Assembly (NCBI GenBank): GCA_965235115.1
Contig: OZ249438.1
Span: forward strand, 27,776,001-27,840,000
Direction of reading: 5' to 3'
Length of the DNA: 64,000 bases
Source of the DNA: Laetmonice hystrix
Lineage: Eukaryota
Positions within the stretch are counted from its first letter, which is position 1, and every line of letters starts with the position of its first letter. The notes under the pieces were generated by a model, which had not been told where the DNA came from, did not search any database, and saw nothing but the letters and a program-made list of their open reading frames with translations. The position numbers and the translations under genes were made by a program. Shown here in pieces: positions 13,101 to 25,100 of this stretch.

Positions 13101-16100
13101 ATAAATGTAATGTGATGCTCACCTCTTGCATGGCCAACTGTTCCTCTACAGTGTGGGCTCTCTGTGCCGAGTTAAAGGCCTGACGAGCCTGGCCCATCCA
13201 TTGGGCCAGCGATTCAACCTCATTTGCATACGCAATGTACTGAGCTTCTGCCTCCTCCAGAAGGTGGAGCCTCCGTGCTGCCTCCTGGTGGGTGGAGCTG
13301 TAGTTAGAATCAATCTGTGCCACCTGTTCCAGCTGACCGTCGGAGACACCCTGCAGAGTCAGCTGGTCAGCCAGCTGGCCCATCTCCTCCAGGCGACCCT
13401 GGAGGGGCGCGGCGTCCGCCACCAGTGTCTGGAGAAAAACGTGAGCATCCTAATTATTGTCATGATCACATCCTGGCAGAACACATGTACTTGGAAGGAA
13501 CATCATCACAAGATAGAAAACAACGTCTGCATTGCGTTTGAGTTTAGAGCGAGAGAGAGAGAAATAAAAAAAACCTATGTCACCTTTCATTGTACCATCA
13601 GACTGAGGCTGACTCACCCTGTATTCTCTTAACTGACTCTGAACTCGATGAAGGTTGGTCCACTCCAGTTCCGAGTGGACCATCTCGTCAGCTCGCTCTA
13701 GCCACATTCCGACAACGTCCGAGTTTTGTTCAAAACGTTGATTGAGTTGAGCTATCTCAGCGAGGTGTTCCATCTTCTCCTCAGCTCTCTCACATAGTTG
13801 TTCCCACTGGGCACGGACCTCGGCCACCGTGTTGAGAACAACGTCTCGCTGCTCGGGCGGCACCGTGGCAGTGATAGCTATTGCCGACTCGTGAAGGTGG
13901 TCTAACTGGGGTCCGAGAGACTCCAGCTCACCCATCAAACTCTGGAACATCACCACACCAACATACATCCTCAGTCCATTCACACTGCTGCCAAATACTG
14001 CCTACGATCTAACTGGGATCTAATCCTGCTCTAACCGACAGTTGGTGGAGAATGAAGTCCTACCTTGTTCTCCTCCATGGTGAGCCTAGGATCCTCCAGC
14101 TTGTCTTCAGTGGCCTCCAGCATGGTGTCCAGTTCCAGTAGGTCAGCCTTGTACTCGGTACGGGCTGTCTTAGCTCGGACCAGGGCGTCCTCACACTCCT
14201 CCAGGGCACACGATACCTCAGACTCCAGGGACTTGAGGTCCTCCATCTGTTGACGGACGTCTCGCGGCATGCAGGATACGTCCATGTACTTCTCCTGCTG
14301 GGCTCCCACCATGGGCCGCACCTAGCCAACCAAGAGAACAACTTGACAACAATTCCTTGTCATAACCTACCAAATTCAGCCTGTTTCAGCTCTTCTATGA
14401 CATGCAATTTGTGCAGAAGTAAATAGAATTTCAGAATTTCTTTCTTTCAACCCTAGTATCACTTTGCAACCTGTGACTCACAAAGGACATGTAAGGACAT
14501 GGGATTATTCACCTGTTCTAGTCTGAGTGTGACTGTCTTACGTAACTCCTCCTGGTCAACGAGTCTCTGCTCGACCCCGCTGACCTCCAGGGGTAGTAGT
14601 TCCTCCGGTGTGAGTGAGTTGTGTGCCTTCAGTAACACCTCCTTGGCTTCTTCCAGTTCAGCTGTGAACCGGCTGCGGTCAGCCTCTTCAGCGATCAAAC
14701 TCTTCTGCTGCTCTTTACTTTGCCACTGCAGTCTGAAAATCAAGGATTCAAACACGGTGAGCTAAAGTGCTACTATAAAATCCAATCCTAACTTTGCATC
14801 ACTTTATTTCTCTGGTCTCTGGGGTATGCCAACTTTCAGGACCCTATTTTCTACCAGCACCGGTGATCTGATGAGGCCTTTCTGCCTACTTTCTATCACT
14901 ATGTGACCATCCTGCCTACCCACTATCACTATGTGACCTTCCTGCCTACCTACTATCACTATGAGCCCTTCCTGCCTACCTACTATCACTATGAGCCCTT
15001 CCTGCCTACCTACTATCACTATGTGACCTTCCTGCCTACCTACTGCCCCTCCTGGACTTTCTTGCCTATTTTATGTCTTTATTTGACGTTTCTGCATACT
15101 TACTGTTCATACTTGTCCTGGATGTGCAGCAATTCCTTCTGGATGGCAAGTTTGGCGTCTGATGCAGGCAGCTGGGCCAACACATTTTGTGCTGCCCGCT
15201 GGAGGGCTGTCAGCTCACTACTACCTCGCTCAATCATCTCCGAGGCAGACTAGAAAATATTAAATCAACATGAAACAGTTCCTTAAATCTCCCAAATGTT
15301 TCACATACGAAATGACTCTTCTGTAGATCCCAATATAGGGATTGGGATTCACTGTCACCAGGGCCGTGCCCAGAGATTGGTGCAGGGGGGGGTTACTGGT
15401 ACAGGGGAGGGGGGGGGGGTCACAGTGGACAGATCCAAGTGTTAGGACCTAAAAAAAACTAAAAATAAAAAAATCTTTGGCACCCAGGGGGGGTTACAGA
15501 CACCCAACCCCCCCCCCCCCCCTGGGCACGGCCCTGGTCACCTATAGCAGTGGGCATAATCAGGTTACCTTGGCTTGTTTGAGTTGTACTGGGAGTTGAG
15601 ATGTTGGGAGATTTTCCACATCTTCTGTAGTCAGTTTCCTGTCGACTGTGTGGAGGACTTGTTGGAGATGTTCTAGGAGTTCTGTGTAACCGACCCAGTT
15701 CACAACGGTCTCCTGTATTATCAATAACAAAGTACATGAAGTTACTGTTCATCTTGAAACCATAGGATATATACCTCACTGAGACTGTTCGCCAGCCTTA
15801 TAAAAACCAAACCACTGAAAACCAATGCAGAAAGCTCTGTGGCGGAGGTCAGAAGTACGGTTATAATTTTGGACAATGTTTGAAAACTCTATTTATGTGG
15901 TGTTGAGGAATAAAAGCCGTGTAATTTGTGCCTGACCTGGATGGCCCTGTGACGGTCAGAGGCCTTGGTTTGTAGACTGTTCCATCTCTCATTGACATTG
16001 TTAATCGCACGTTCTATAACCATCTGACTCGGCCCTGACGCCTTCCGATCCAACTGCTGACAGGCTTCGTTCAGTTCATCAATCACCTCTTGGTGGCGGC

Positions 16101-19100
16101 GTAGGCTGGCGATGTAGTCCTGAAATCAACACACAATCTCTTGTTTTACTGAATGTCTACCAATGTGTACCGGGGTGCCTATCACAGTCCATTGTTAGCT
16201 TGTGTCGATAACACCAATGTATTTCAATGGTTAAGGCACGGTATGATATAGTTCTGAAACACCTCCTGGTCTCAACCTGTTTGCTGCCACCTGACAAGAA
16301 GTTTTCTTTACCTCCGTCTCATCAATTTGGTGTTGAGCGTCTGTGACACTGGCTGGGGCGCCCTCGGGTGATTGGTCCCACTTTTCCTCGGAAGCTTTCA
16401 AGATCTTGTCTACGCGTGCCAAGTTTGTCTGAGAGACGAGACAAAGTTTTCTCTATCAAAACTTAAACACTGGAGAATGACCACACATGTGTGTTGCCTG
16501 GCACTCTCCCTAGCCAGGTGCTGGTTCAGGTAGTGATACCCTCCCTTTATGGAGGCTGTCTGTTGAGTCATAAAGTCAGGTATTCACAGACAATATTCTA
16601 CTTCACTCTATTTATTATTGGACCTTACTCTCGGAGTCTTTTACTTTCCTTTCCTTTTTAGTACAGTATTAGAATTGCATGAAATTTTTTGAAACTACAA
16701 AGGTGAACACCAATAATAGAATCGATCAATTTCGAGGACTCACCTGGTACTCATGCCATTGTTCAACACACTGTGCCAACTCCTCTTCCTTTTGTGCTGC
16801 CGACTTGCTGACTGCTTCATAACGCTGTCGGGTGTTAGACAACGACTCCTGCATTGTCGTTCGATCATTGACATCTAACGTTGGTTCAATCTTCTCAGCA
16901 AGCAACGTGATCTGTTCCAACTTCTCGGCGATCATTGGGCGATCAGAGAACGCGGCCTGTAACAACACCAACCCTTGTCAGCTCATTCATATCACACAGC
17001 ACATGCTGACATTAAGGTAGGATATACCTGTGATAATACCAAACATGACTGTCCAACTTTTGTCTCAATCAGAAATAGAGAAATACTTTAAATTTGTAAT
17101 GTGTGCTCTCTCCCGAGTCCGTTTACTCTGGTTGTTGTTGGTTGTTACCTTGTGTTGCTGGAGTTGCTCGTGCACTGTTTCAAAGTTGATTCCATCATAG
17201 TTGGGTTTGATGTGAGTCTGAGCGTTCTTTAGCCACTCCGATACCACCCTCCAGGCGGCGCTGTACGCAACACGCTCCTCCTTGGCTTTGTTCAAATACT
17301 GTCCTTTCTCCTTCATAACCTCCTACAACATAAACATACACAGACAACTTTAGGAATGGCAGTTAGCAGTTTATTATTACCTTCAGAAATTAATCAAATT
17401 TCTACGAATTTCATATCTATAAACGGTTACATATGCCTTTTTCAAGAACTGATTCCGTTCATGTAAATAAAATATGACAGAATAAGTGTGCAGGACTAAT
17501 TATTCCGTAACTAGTTGTAGAGATGTTCTTACCAGAAGGACTTCCCGTACTGTGATGAACTCGTCCATTCTCTCCTGAACCTCCAGGGGGATGGCCTCCT
17601 CCAGGCCCTCATACCTGACCCTCTGTTCCTCTACCTGCTCGTTGACAGCCTGGAGCCGGGCCATCAGACCGTGCCGGTCATCGTAGAACTTGTCTAGCTC
17701 CTTATCCAGACTCTCCGGGGCCAGACCGAGTAGGTCGCGTTGTTCGAGGTTCTCCTCTAGCTGTTTTAATTGTTCCATGTGTTCACCGAGTTCGGTATCA
17801 AACTCTTGTCTTTCCTCCAACACTCTGCTGAAGTCTGCAGCCTCACGCTCAGCGCGTCGCTTGAGGTTGTCAGCCTTGGCACGGAGACCAGCCCCCTGTT
17901 CACGGACTGCCCGACTGTCAGCTGGAGTTCCCTCGATACCAATCTGTTGAGCTCTGTCCTCCAGGTTCACCATCTGTGGCTCCCTGGAGGCCAGTGTTTC
18001 CACCACGTTCTGAAAGTTAAGGTCAGAAATAATGCTGAGTCTATCAGGGTCAGACCTCATACAAGGGTTGATATTGAATATAACTACAGCCTGACAGAAA
18101 AGGTATGTTAAAGATACTACATTTATTAACCTTTCTTTTAATCTTAAGCATTTTTATACTCTACTGTCCGGCCCAAGGAAGTCGTTGCAAAAGTACACCT
18201 GCTCACAATTGAGAAACCCACTTTAGTAAATGTTGGTTTTTGATGGTAACGGTCAGATACTCTACCTTGTATCGGTCGAGTTTGGCGGGTACAGAGACAC
18301 CAACCACACTAACTGCCTCTAACTGTTCGTGACAGACACGGAGACAGTTCTCTAAGTCAGAGTATGTTGAGTAGTACGCCTCACGTAGTGCCACCGCTGA
18401 CTCTAGTTTAGTTTGCTGTGTTGCTGCCTGTTCACACAGCTCTGTGTACAGACTCCGCAGTCTGACCACTTCCTCCGCAGCCGTTGGCTGACCGATGGCC
18501 TTCGCTTGATTGGCATCGTGCGACAGCTCGTCGAGGTTCTTCTTGTACGAGTCCAGCTTCTCCCTCAAATTCTGTCAAATTGAAGACAAAAGTAGACTGA
18601 ACTCTCTTTCTTTGATACTGTTACTGTATCTCAATATTTGTTGTCTACATTTAATGATAACCTATAAATTTGTTGAGACAACTGATTGAAAGTATTCTGT
18701 TTTCCCCCAGTTAGTATTTGCCATGGTTGTCGAGACTGACCTGGGCCTGCTCCAGCATGACCTCAGCGTCCTCCTGCCGGTGACCTACTGTACGCGACAG
18801 TCGGCGCAGCTCGTCCTGTGTATCATACAACCACCGTGAGCTCGCCAGCAGCTCGCCCTCCATCTTACTCTTGGCAGAGAGGGCGTCAGCAAGCTGCTTG
18901 ACCCGCTTCCGAACCAACACGGCCACTCTATCAACCAATAACAATCACTTAGAGACATTCCTACAACTGTCATCAATCTGCAGCTACTCTTCTTTCTTTC
19001 ATCATAACTATGTACAAGTTATTGTCCATATATCGGCCAGTCCCTTACTGACATGAGCCAGTACTCTCACCTGTAGAAGTCTTCCCGTATGGTGACGAGA

Positions 19101-22100
19101 GACTCTTTCAGAATCTGACGATCAGAATCATTGAGCTCAGTCACGATACTCTCGGCACGCTTGTTGATGTCCTTCAGAACAGCTTCATAGGTCCTTGCTC
19201 CAGCATCCAAACCCTGATCAAAGTCACCAGTAACACTCCAAGTCAATGAAAACTCAAGGCTACAACCAAATCTTTATAGAGCTCTATTGAAAAATACAGA
19301 GGATTTATACTAAGATATTATAAAAAGAACTTATGTCTCTGAAAATATTTACAAACTACATGTAATCTCATAAAATGACAACCAAAGTCCCCTATAGAAA
19401 AATACCGAAGATTTATAAAAAAAAAATGCCCACGTAAAGCAAAGCGCAACCTGGTGTTTCTTGCACTGTTCATCCAGGAAATCGAGTGGACAATCGAGCT
19501 GGAGTTCTGATGAACAACTTGTATCTGTCTCTCTCCTCCACAGTTCGAGCCGCAGGACGTCAGACTCAAACTGTTTCCTTGTGGCCACAGCATGTTCACT
19601 TCGAGACACCTGTTCATTCAGAGCAGCACTCAGTGCTTTGTATCGTCGGGATAGGTCACCGAGTGCATCCTCCAGGGGTCGCCTCTGTTCTGCTGGACAC
19701 TGGTGCAGGATTTCTTGGCCCTTTGACTCCAGATCTGTAATGGCTGGGTTGTAGTCTTTAATCTCTGCGAGGAGTGTCTGAAATGGGACGGTAAGGGTTA
19801 GCTGGGGTTTGTTATGGCAAGGTTTATTACATGGTTCAACATTTACTAGAGTCTGAAACGTAATGTGATATAATAGTTAGCAAAGTATCGTACAAAATTA
19901 CGAAATGTATAAAAAAAACATTCAAAGGTTATTATGTGTTATAAGATAATACAGGAGACTTTGAAACCGACCTTGTATTTATCAATTTGTTTTTCTATGT
20001 CACAAGCCTTGAGCCGTATGTTGGGAGCCTGCCCGACGACTTCCTCCTTCTCCCTCAACCAGGCGGTGACTCGGTCAATGTCCTGTTGGAGGGCCTCCCG
20101 GCGGGCCAAGTCCTGGGCCAGCTCTTTGTGACGGGCCTGAGCGCGGTCACCAAGCCGGTGGTGATCTTCACATAGCTCGCTTACTCTGCTCTCCACCAGG
20201 GAGCGCTCTGCCGGGCTCACGTCACGCAGCAACGAGTCCCCCTGGCGGCGGATACCGTCTAACATCGTCTGCTTGCTTTCTATGTCACGAACCAGGGCCT
20301 GTATGGGAAAACAAAGTACTGTAAGTTTCGTCTGAAAAACTCTACTGGGTGCCTCCTAGAATACGTCCCCCTCACATCAGGGAATAGGAGGCTTACTTTC
20401 AACATATTAATGCAAGTTGTGAAATTCTCAAACATACAGATGCATGGCAATGCTATCATCCACATAACTGGCCTACCGGTGACATCTGTCGCTGGACTTC
20501 CCTGTTTTATCTTGGGTTTACTTACCATTTGGAGGCTCTTGTTAAAACAAATGCTAAAAAAGACACTAGAAACACCAAGTGAATTATGTTTCTGCTACTT
20601 TGGCGAAACCAGTCGAGCTAAAATATATAGGATGTACACAACTGGAAAATTAGCCCAAACAGACAGGTAACAAAAACAGAAACCAAAACTCAATAATTTA
20701 GAATTCTTTACAACTCACACATCCCACCCCACTGAGGCACCTGAACGAGCAGGGTGTGAGGGTGAGGGGCGTTTGGTGTACCCCAAACGGTAGGGAATCC
20801 ACCTCGTCGTAACCCTCTACCTCATCATACTCATCACGATCCTGTATCACAAGTATTTCAAAAGAATAAGAAAGAACGGTCTGACTAAATCGAGTACTCT
20901 CTACAAGTAACACATTTTCAAACATCTGCATCATCTGCTATACATATCACATTGCAAAATCTGTAAAATAATGTACTGTTATGTACATGTGTACTCACGA
21001 AGTGGTCTTGAAGGGCAGTCTCAGCCTCGGCAACAGCTGCACCGGGGGCCTGACGACGACTCAAAGCTACTTCCGATTCTTTGAGCCAGGTGGTGTAGTC
21101 AGAGATCTCCTTCATGAGGGTTTCATACGTTGTAACCATCTGTTCGGACGCTTGCAACTGGTGACCCAGCGTCTGAAGGAGTTCTGCATGTTTACGCTCG
21201 ATTGAACTGAAATAAAAAAGGTAGAAGCAACATAAAAAATAAGATAATGCTTGGAAGATTATTTTTAATTCCTGGATGTATTCAAGAGGCTTTATCAAAT
21301 TTGCCAAATTTCTAAGTTAAATTTTCGTAAAAATTGACCTCTTTTTTACTCCGATCCAATCACCTGATGTGGTCACTGAGGGGGCTACCACTGACTGATG
21401 TGGTCACTGAGGGGAGACGACTGACCGATGTGGTCACTGAGGGGAGACGACTGACTGATGTGGTCACCGAGGGGAGACGACTGACTGATGTGGTCACTGA
21501 GGGGAGACCACTGACTGATGTGGTCACCGAGGGGAGACGACTGACTGATGTGGTCACCGAGGGGAGACGACTGACTGATGTGGTCACCGAGGGGAGACGA
21601 CTGACTGATGTGGTCACCGAGGGGAGACGACTGACTGATGTGGTCACCGAGGGGAGACGACTGACTGATGTGGTCACCGAGGGTAGACGACTGACTGATG
21701 TGGTCACTGAGGGGAGACGACTGACTGATGTGGTCACCGAGGGGAGACGACTGACTGATGTGGTCACTGAGGGGAGACGACTGACTGATGTGGTCACTGA
21801 GGGGAGACGACTGACTGATGTGGTTACTGAGGGGAGACGACTGACTGATGTGGTCACTGAGGGGAGACGACTGACTGATGTGGTCACTGAGGGGAGACCA
21901 CTGACTGATGTGGTCATTGAGGGAAGACGACTGACTAATGTGGTCACTGAGGGGAGACGACTGACTGATGTGGTTACTGAGGGGAGACGACTGACTGATG
22001 TGGTCACTGAGGGGAGACGACTGACTGATGTGGTCACTGAGGGGAGACCACTGACTGATGTGGTCATTGAGGGAAGACGACTGACTAATGTGGTCACTGA

Positions 22101-25100
22101 GGGGAGACGACTGACTGATGTGGTCACTGAGGGGAGACGACTGACTGATGTGGTCACTGAGGGGAGACCACTGACTGATGTGGTCACTGAGGGGAGACGA
22201 CTGACTGATGTGGTCACTGAGGGGAGACGACTGACTGATGTGGTCACCGAGGGGAGACGACTGACTGATGTGGTCACTGAGGGGAGACGACTGACTGATG
22301 TGGTCACCGAGGGGAGACCACTGACTGATGTGGTCACCGAGGGGAGACGACTGACTGATGTGGTCACTGAGGGGAGACGACTGACTGATGTGGTCACTGA
22401 GGGGAGACGACTGACTGATGTGGTCACTGAGGGGAGACGACTGACTGATGTGGTCACCGAGGGGAGACGACTGACTGATGTGGTCACCGAGGGAAGACGA
22501 CTGACTGATGTGGTCACCGAGGGGAGACGACTGACTGATGTGGTCACCGAGGGGAGACGACTGACTGATGTGGTCACCGAGGGGAGACGACTGACTGATG
22601 TGGTCACCGAGGGGAGACGACTGACTGATGTGGTCACCGAGGGGAGACGACTGACTGATGTGGTTACTGAGGGGGCTACAACTCACCTGATATGTTCGGT
22701 GACCAGCTCCTGGTCAGTCTTACTAACATCTTCACACACCTCGGCCCCGACTTCACTCAGCTCTTGAATATCTTCGCACTTCTCCGTCAATTTCTCCGAC
22801 AGGTTCTGAAATCAAACAAACGCAACAATCGAGGTGAGATCGAGATTTACAAAGTACATGATGATGTTACCCCAGTCCTCTTTCAGCTGCTGCGGGGAAA
22901 GGTCTTTCTCATGTTGTCACTAATGGCAGATTGCACACCGCGGATCCACGACTGCAGGGAAGCTGGAATGCCATACCACTGTATGACATATACATACATC
23001 TGGCAATGAATAGCGCCATGTCAACTGCAATATTTTGTATACCAGCTTGCACCTTGTTGTCGGTAGTGTATTTCGGCAAAGAATGCGAGGATACTTGGAG
23101 AAGAGTGGGGAGAAGCTTACAGAGGAATGTCTTTTTATTCATTTTCTCAACATATTCTTACATCTGCTACACTGCTGAAAACCACCTTTGTGGATGGTTC
23201 CTTTCCCTGTTAAAATTATATCCCATTCTATCCACGATATGCTATCACTTGACCGGTAAAGGCAAAGAAAGCCTGCCATCTTATTTCCCTTGTTGCTGAT
23301 CTGTATTTCTCGATGCAATCTTTACCCTACTGGCCCTGACCTTGGTAGAATCTAGTGTCCGGTTGTACTCCTCATACTGGACAGCGAGGTAGGAGGACTT
23401 TCCGCCGAGTTTGGTTTGTTTGAGAGAGAGTGCCATCCTAGTGGTTGGACTGGGAGACCGACTGGTATACGTGCATGTCTCCGTCCTCTTCTCTCGGCTC
23501 CTTCCCCCACGAGATGATGAAAGGTCTGGTTCGTTCTGGTCCAGAATAATGTCCACTTCCTTATGTCTCTGTGAGGGTTTACCAGGTCTAGATGAGGCAC
23601 TCTGACACCAGTCACGGTGGGTGGAATCGGGATGGTCATAACTCCCACAGGAATCAAGACAGTTATTGTGTGGTCTGGTGCCGGAGGGTAGGCGTTTACT
23701 TCTGCTGGATGGGACAGCCTTCGGTTCTTGTGATGGAACACTTTCACCACGTGATCTACAGAACTTTGTCTGGTTGGAGCGTCCAGGAGCTGCCCTTGAA
23801 GAGTTCGTCGTGTGTTGGCCTTTACATTCATTTTCTGTTATAGTCTTACTCCTCTGAGAACGTGTTTTATACCTTTTCCGCAGAACCCACTTTGGGTGTA
23901 CGGTATTTTCACAACGGCATACTGAATCAGTTAGCGGTGTGTCAGCAATTGTACCATTTCCCTTCCGTTCAGGGTTCAGCCACTTTGGCTGGCGGTCGAT
24001 CCAAACATTCTGTCCCACCCGGCCGCCATCAACTGAAGACACACAGCTGCCCATTATTACCCAGACAAGTAAGATAACCTCAGTCAATGAGGCCAACTTT
24101 ACCCATGTAAGCTGAGATTTATTACTATCCGTGACGCCTTCACACTGCGCACTGATCCAGGTTGTATATGACTCCTCTGTTTGACCATCCCAGACCTCAG
24201 TCAGAATCCTGGCAGACATCCATCCTGAAACCTCTGAGTTATCTTCCTGTGCCGGCCCAGTCAGACCCACAACCTGTTCAGACTGCTGCAGTACGGAGAT
24301 GTTGGAGCTGTGACCGAGTCCAGGCTGACTGTACCGGGGACTACATGCAACCTCTGGGATATGACCGGTCCTAACAGATCATCTGGTACCAAGGGGTAAG
24401 AATATCGTCCTGATCCCATGATTGCCGGCTGGGGTTGGGGGTAAATAACCGATCACTCTATGGGGTAACCAACAAATACATACCAATACCATAATTGTGG
24501 GGTTCCCAAGCTGTGATCTAGATCTCTGCTGTTTGACACTCAGTGTCCCTGGTCACGAACACCCTAACTCTAACCGATAATCTCACCCAAATTAACGTAA
24601 CTCAGGCCTTATAGCTCTATATAAGCTGGTATTATAAACCCACAGTCATCCAACTAGTAACCTCTTCTCAATTATGTTCTAGGTTTCTTTCCAACTTAAA
24701 TTTTTCAAATGGTTCCACGATTTTTAGCAAGTACATTTCCCAGCCAAATGTCCTTGAACATTATAGGTTACATTGATGTGAGCGTATGCTGGACTACCGA
24801 GTCCATCTATTCATTTACATAGTAACACAGCTTACAGTTTACACATTCTTACCTGCCTTAATCCCGTCTCCTTATCTTGATTAGTTGAAAGTTCAGGTGT
24901 TGGCATACCTTCAGCCGCCTGACACTCTACCTTCCAGTCTCCACCCTGTAAGGATTGTTCCTGGCAGATACAGCCTCTCGAGTCCATCACAACCCTGGCT
25001 CCATAAGTGGTACAACCACTACACATGGGATACTCTACAAAATGTCCATCTCTACTGACATCTGGCGGTGATACCAGGTCGTCTCCATCACAGACTCCTT

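Noticed and set aside
13655-13680. ELEWTN as a kinesin-light-chain LEWD motif
   Set aside because: It lacks the acidic residue after Trp and sits in a normal spectrin-repeat loop.
21334-22767. Three long ORFs (477, 425, 433 aa) over the 30-bp array
   Set aside because: A stop-free 30-bp unit produces these automatically; the exon 44 frame hits TGA at the donor, and exons 44 and 45 join correctly without the array.
24040-24110. Hydrophobic stretch LASLTEVILLVWVIMGSCV in candidate exon B as a transmembrane anchor
   Set aside because: Marginal length with polar residues, in an exon that is itself uncertain; needs a TM predictor and expression data.
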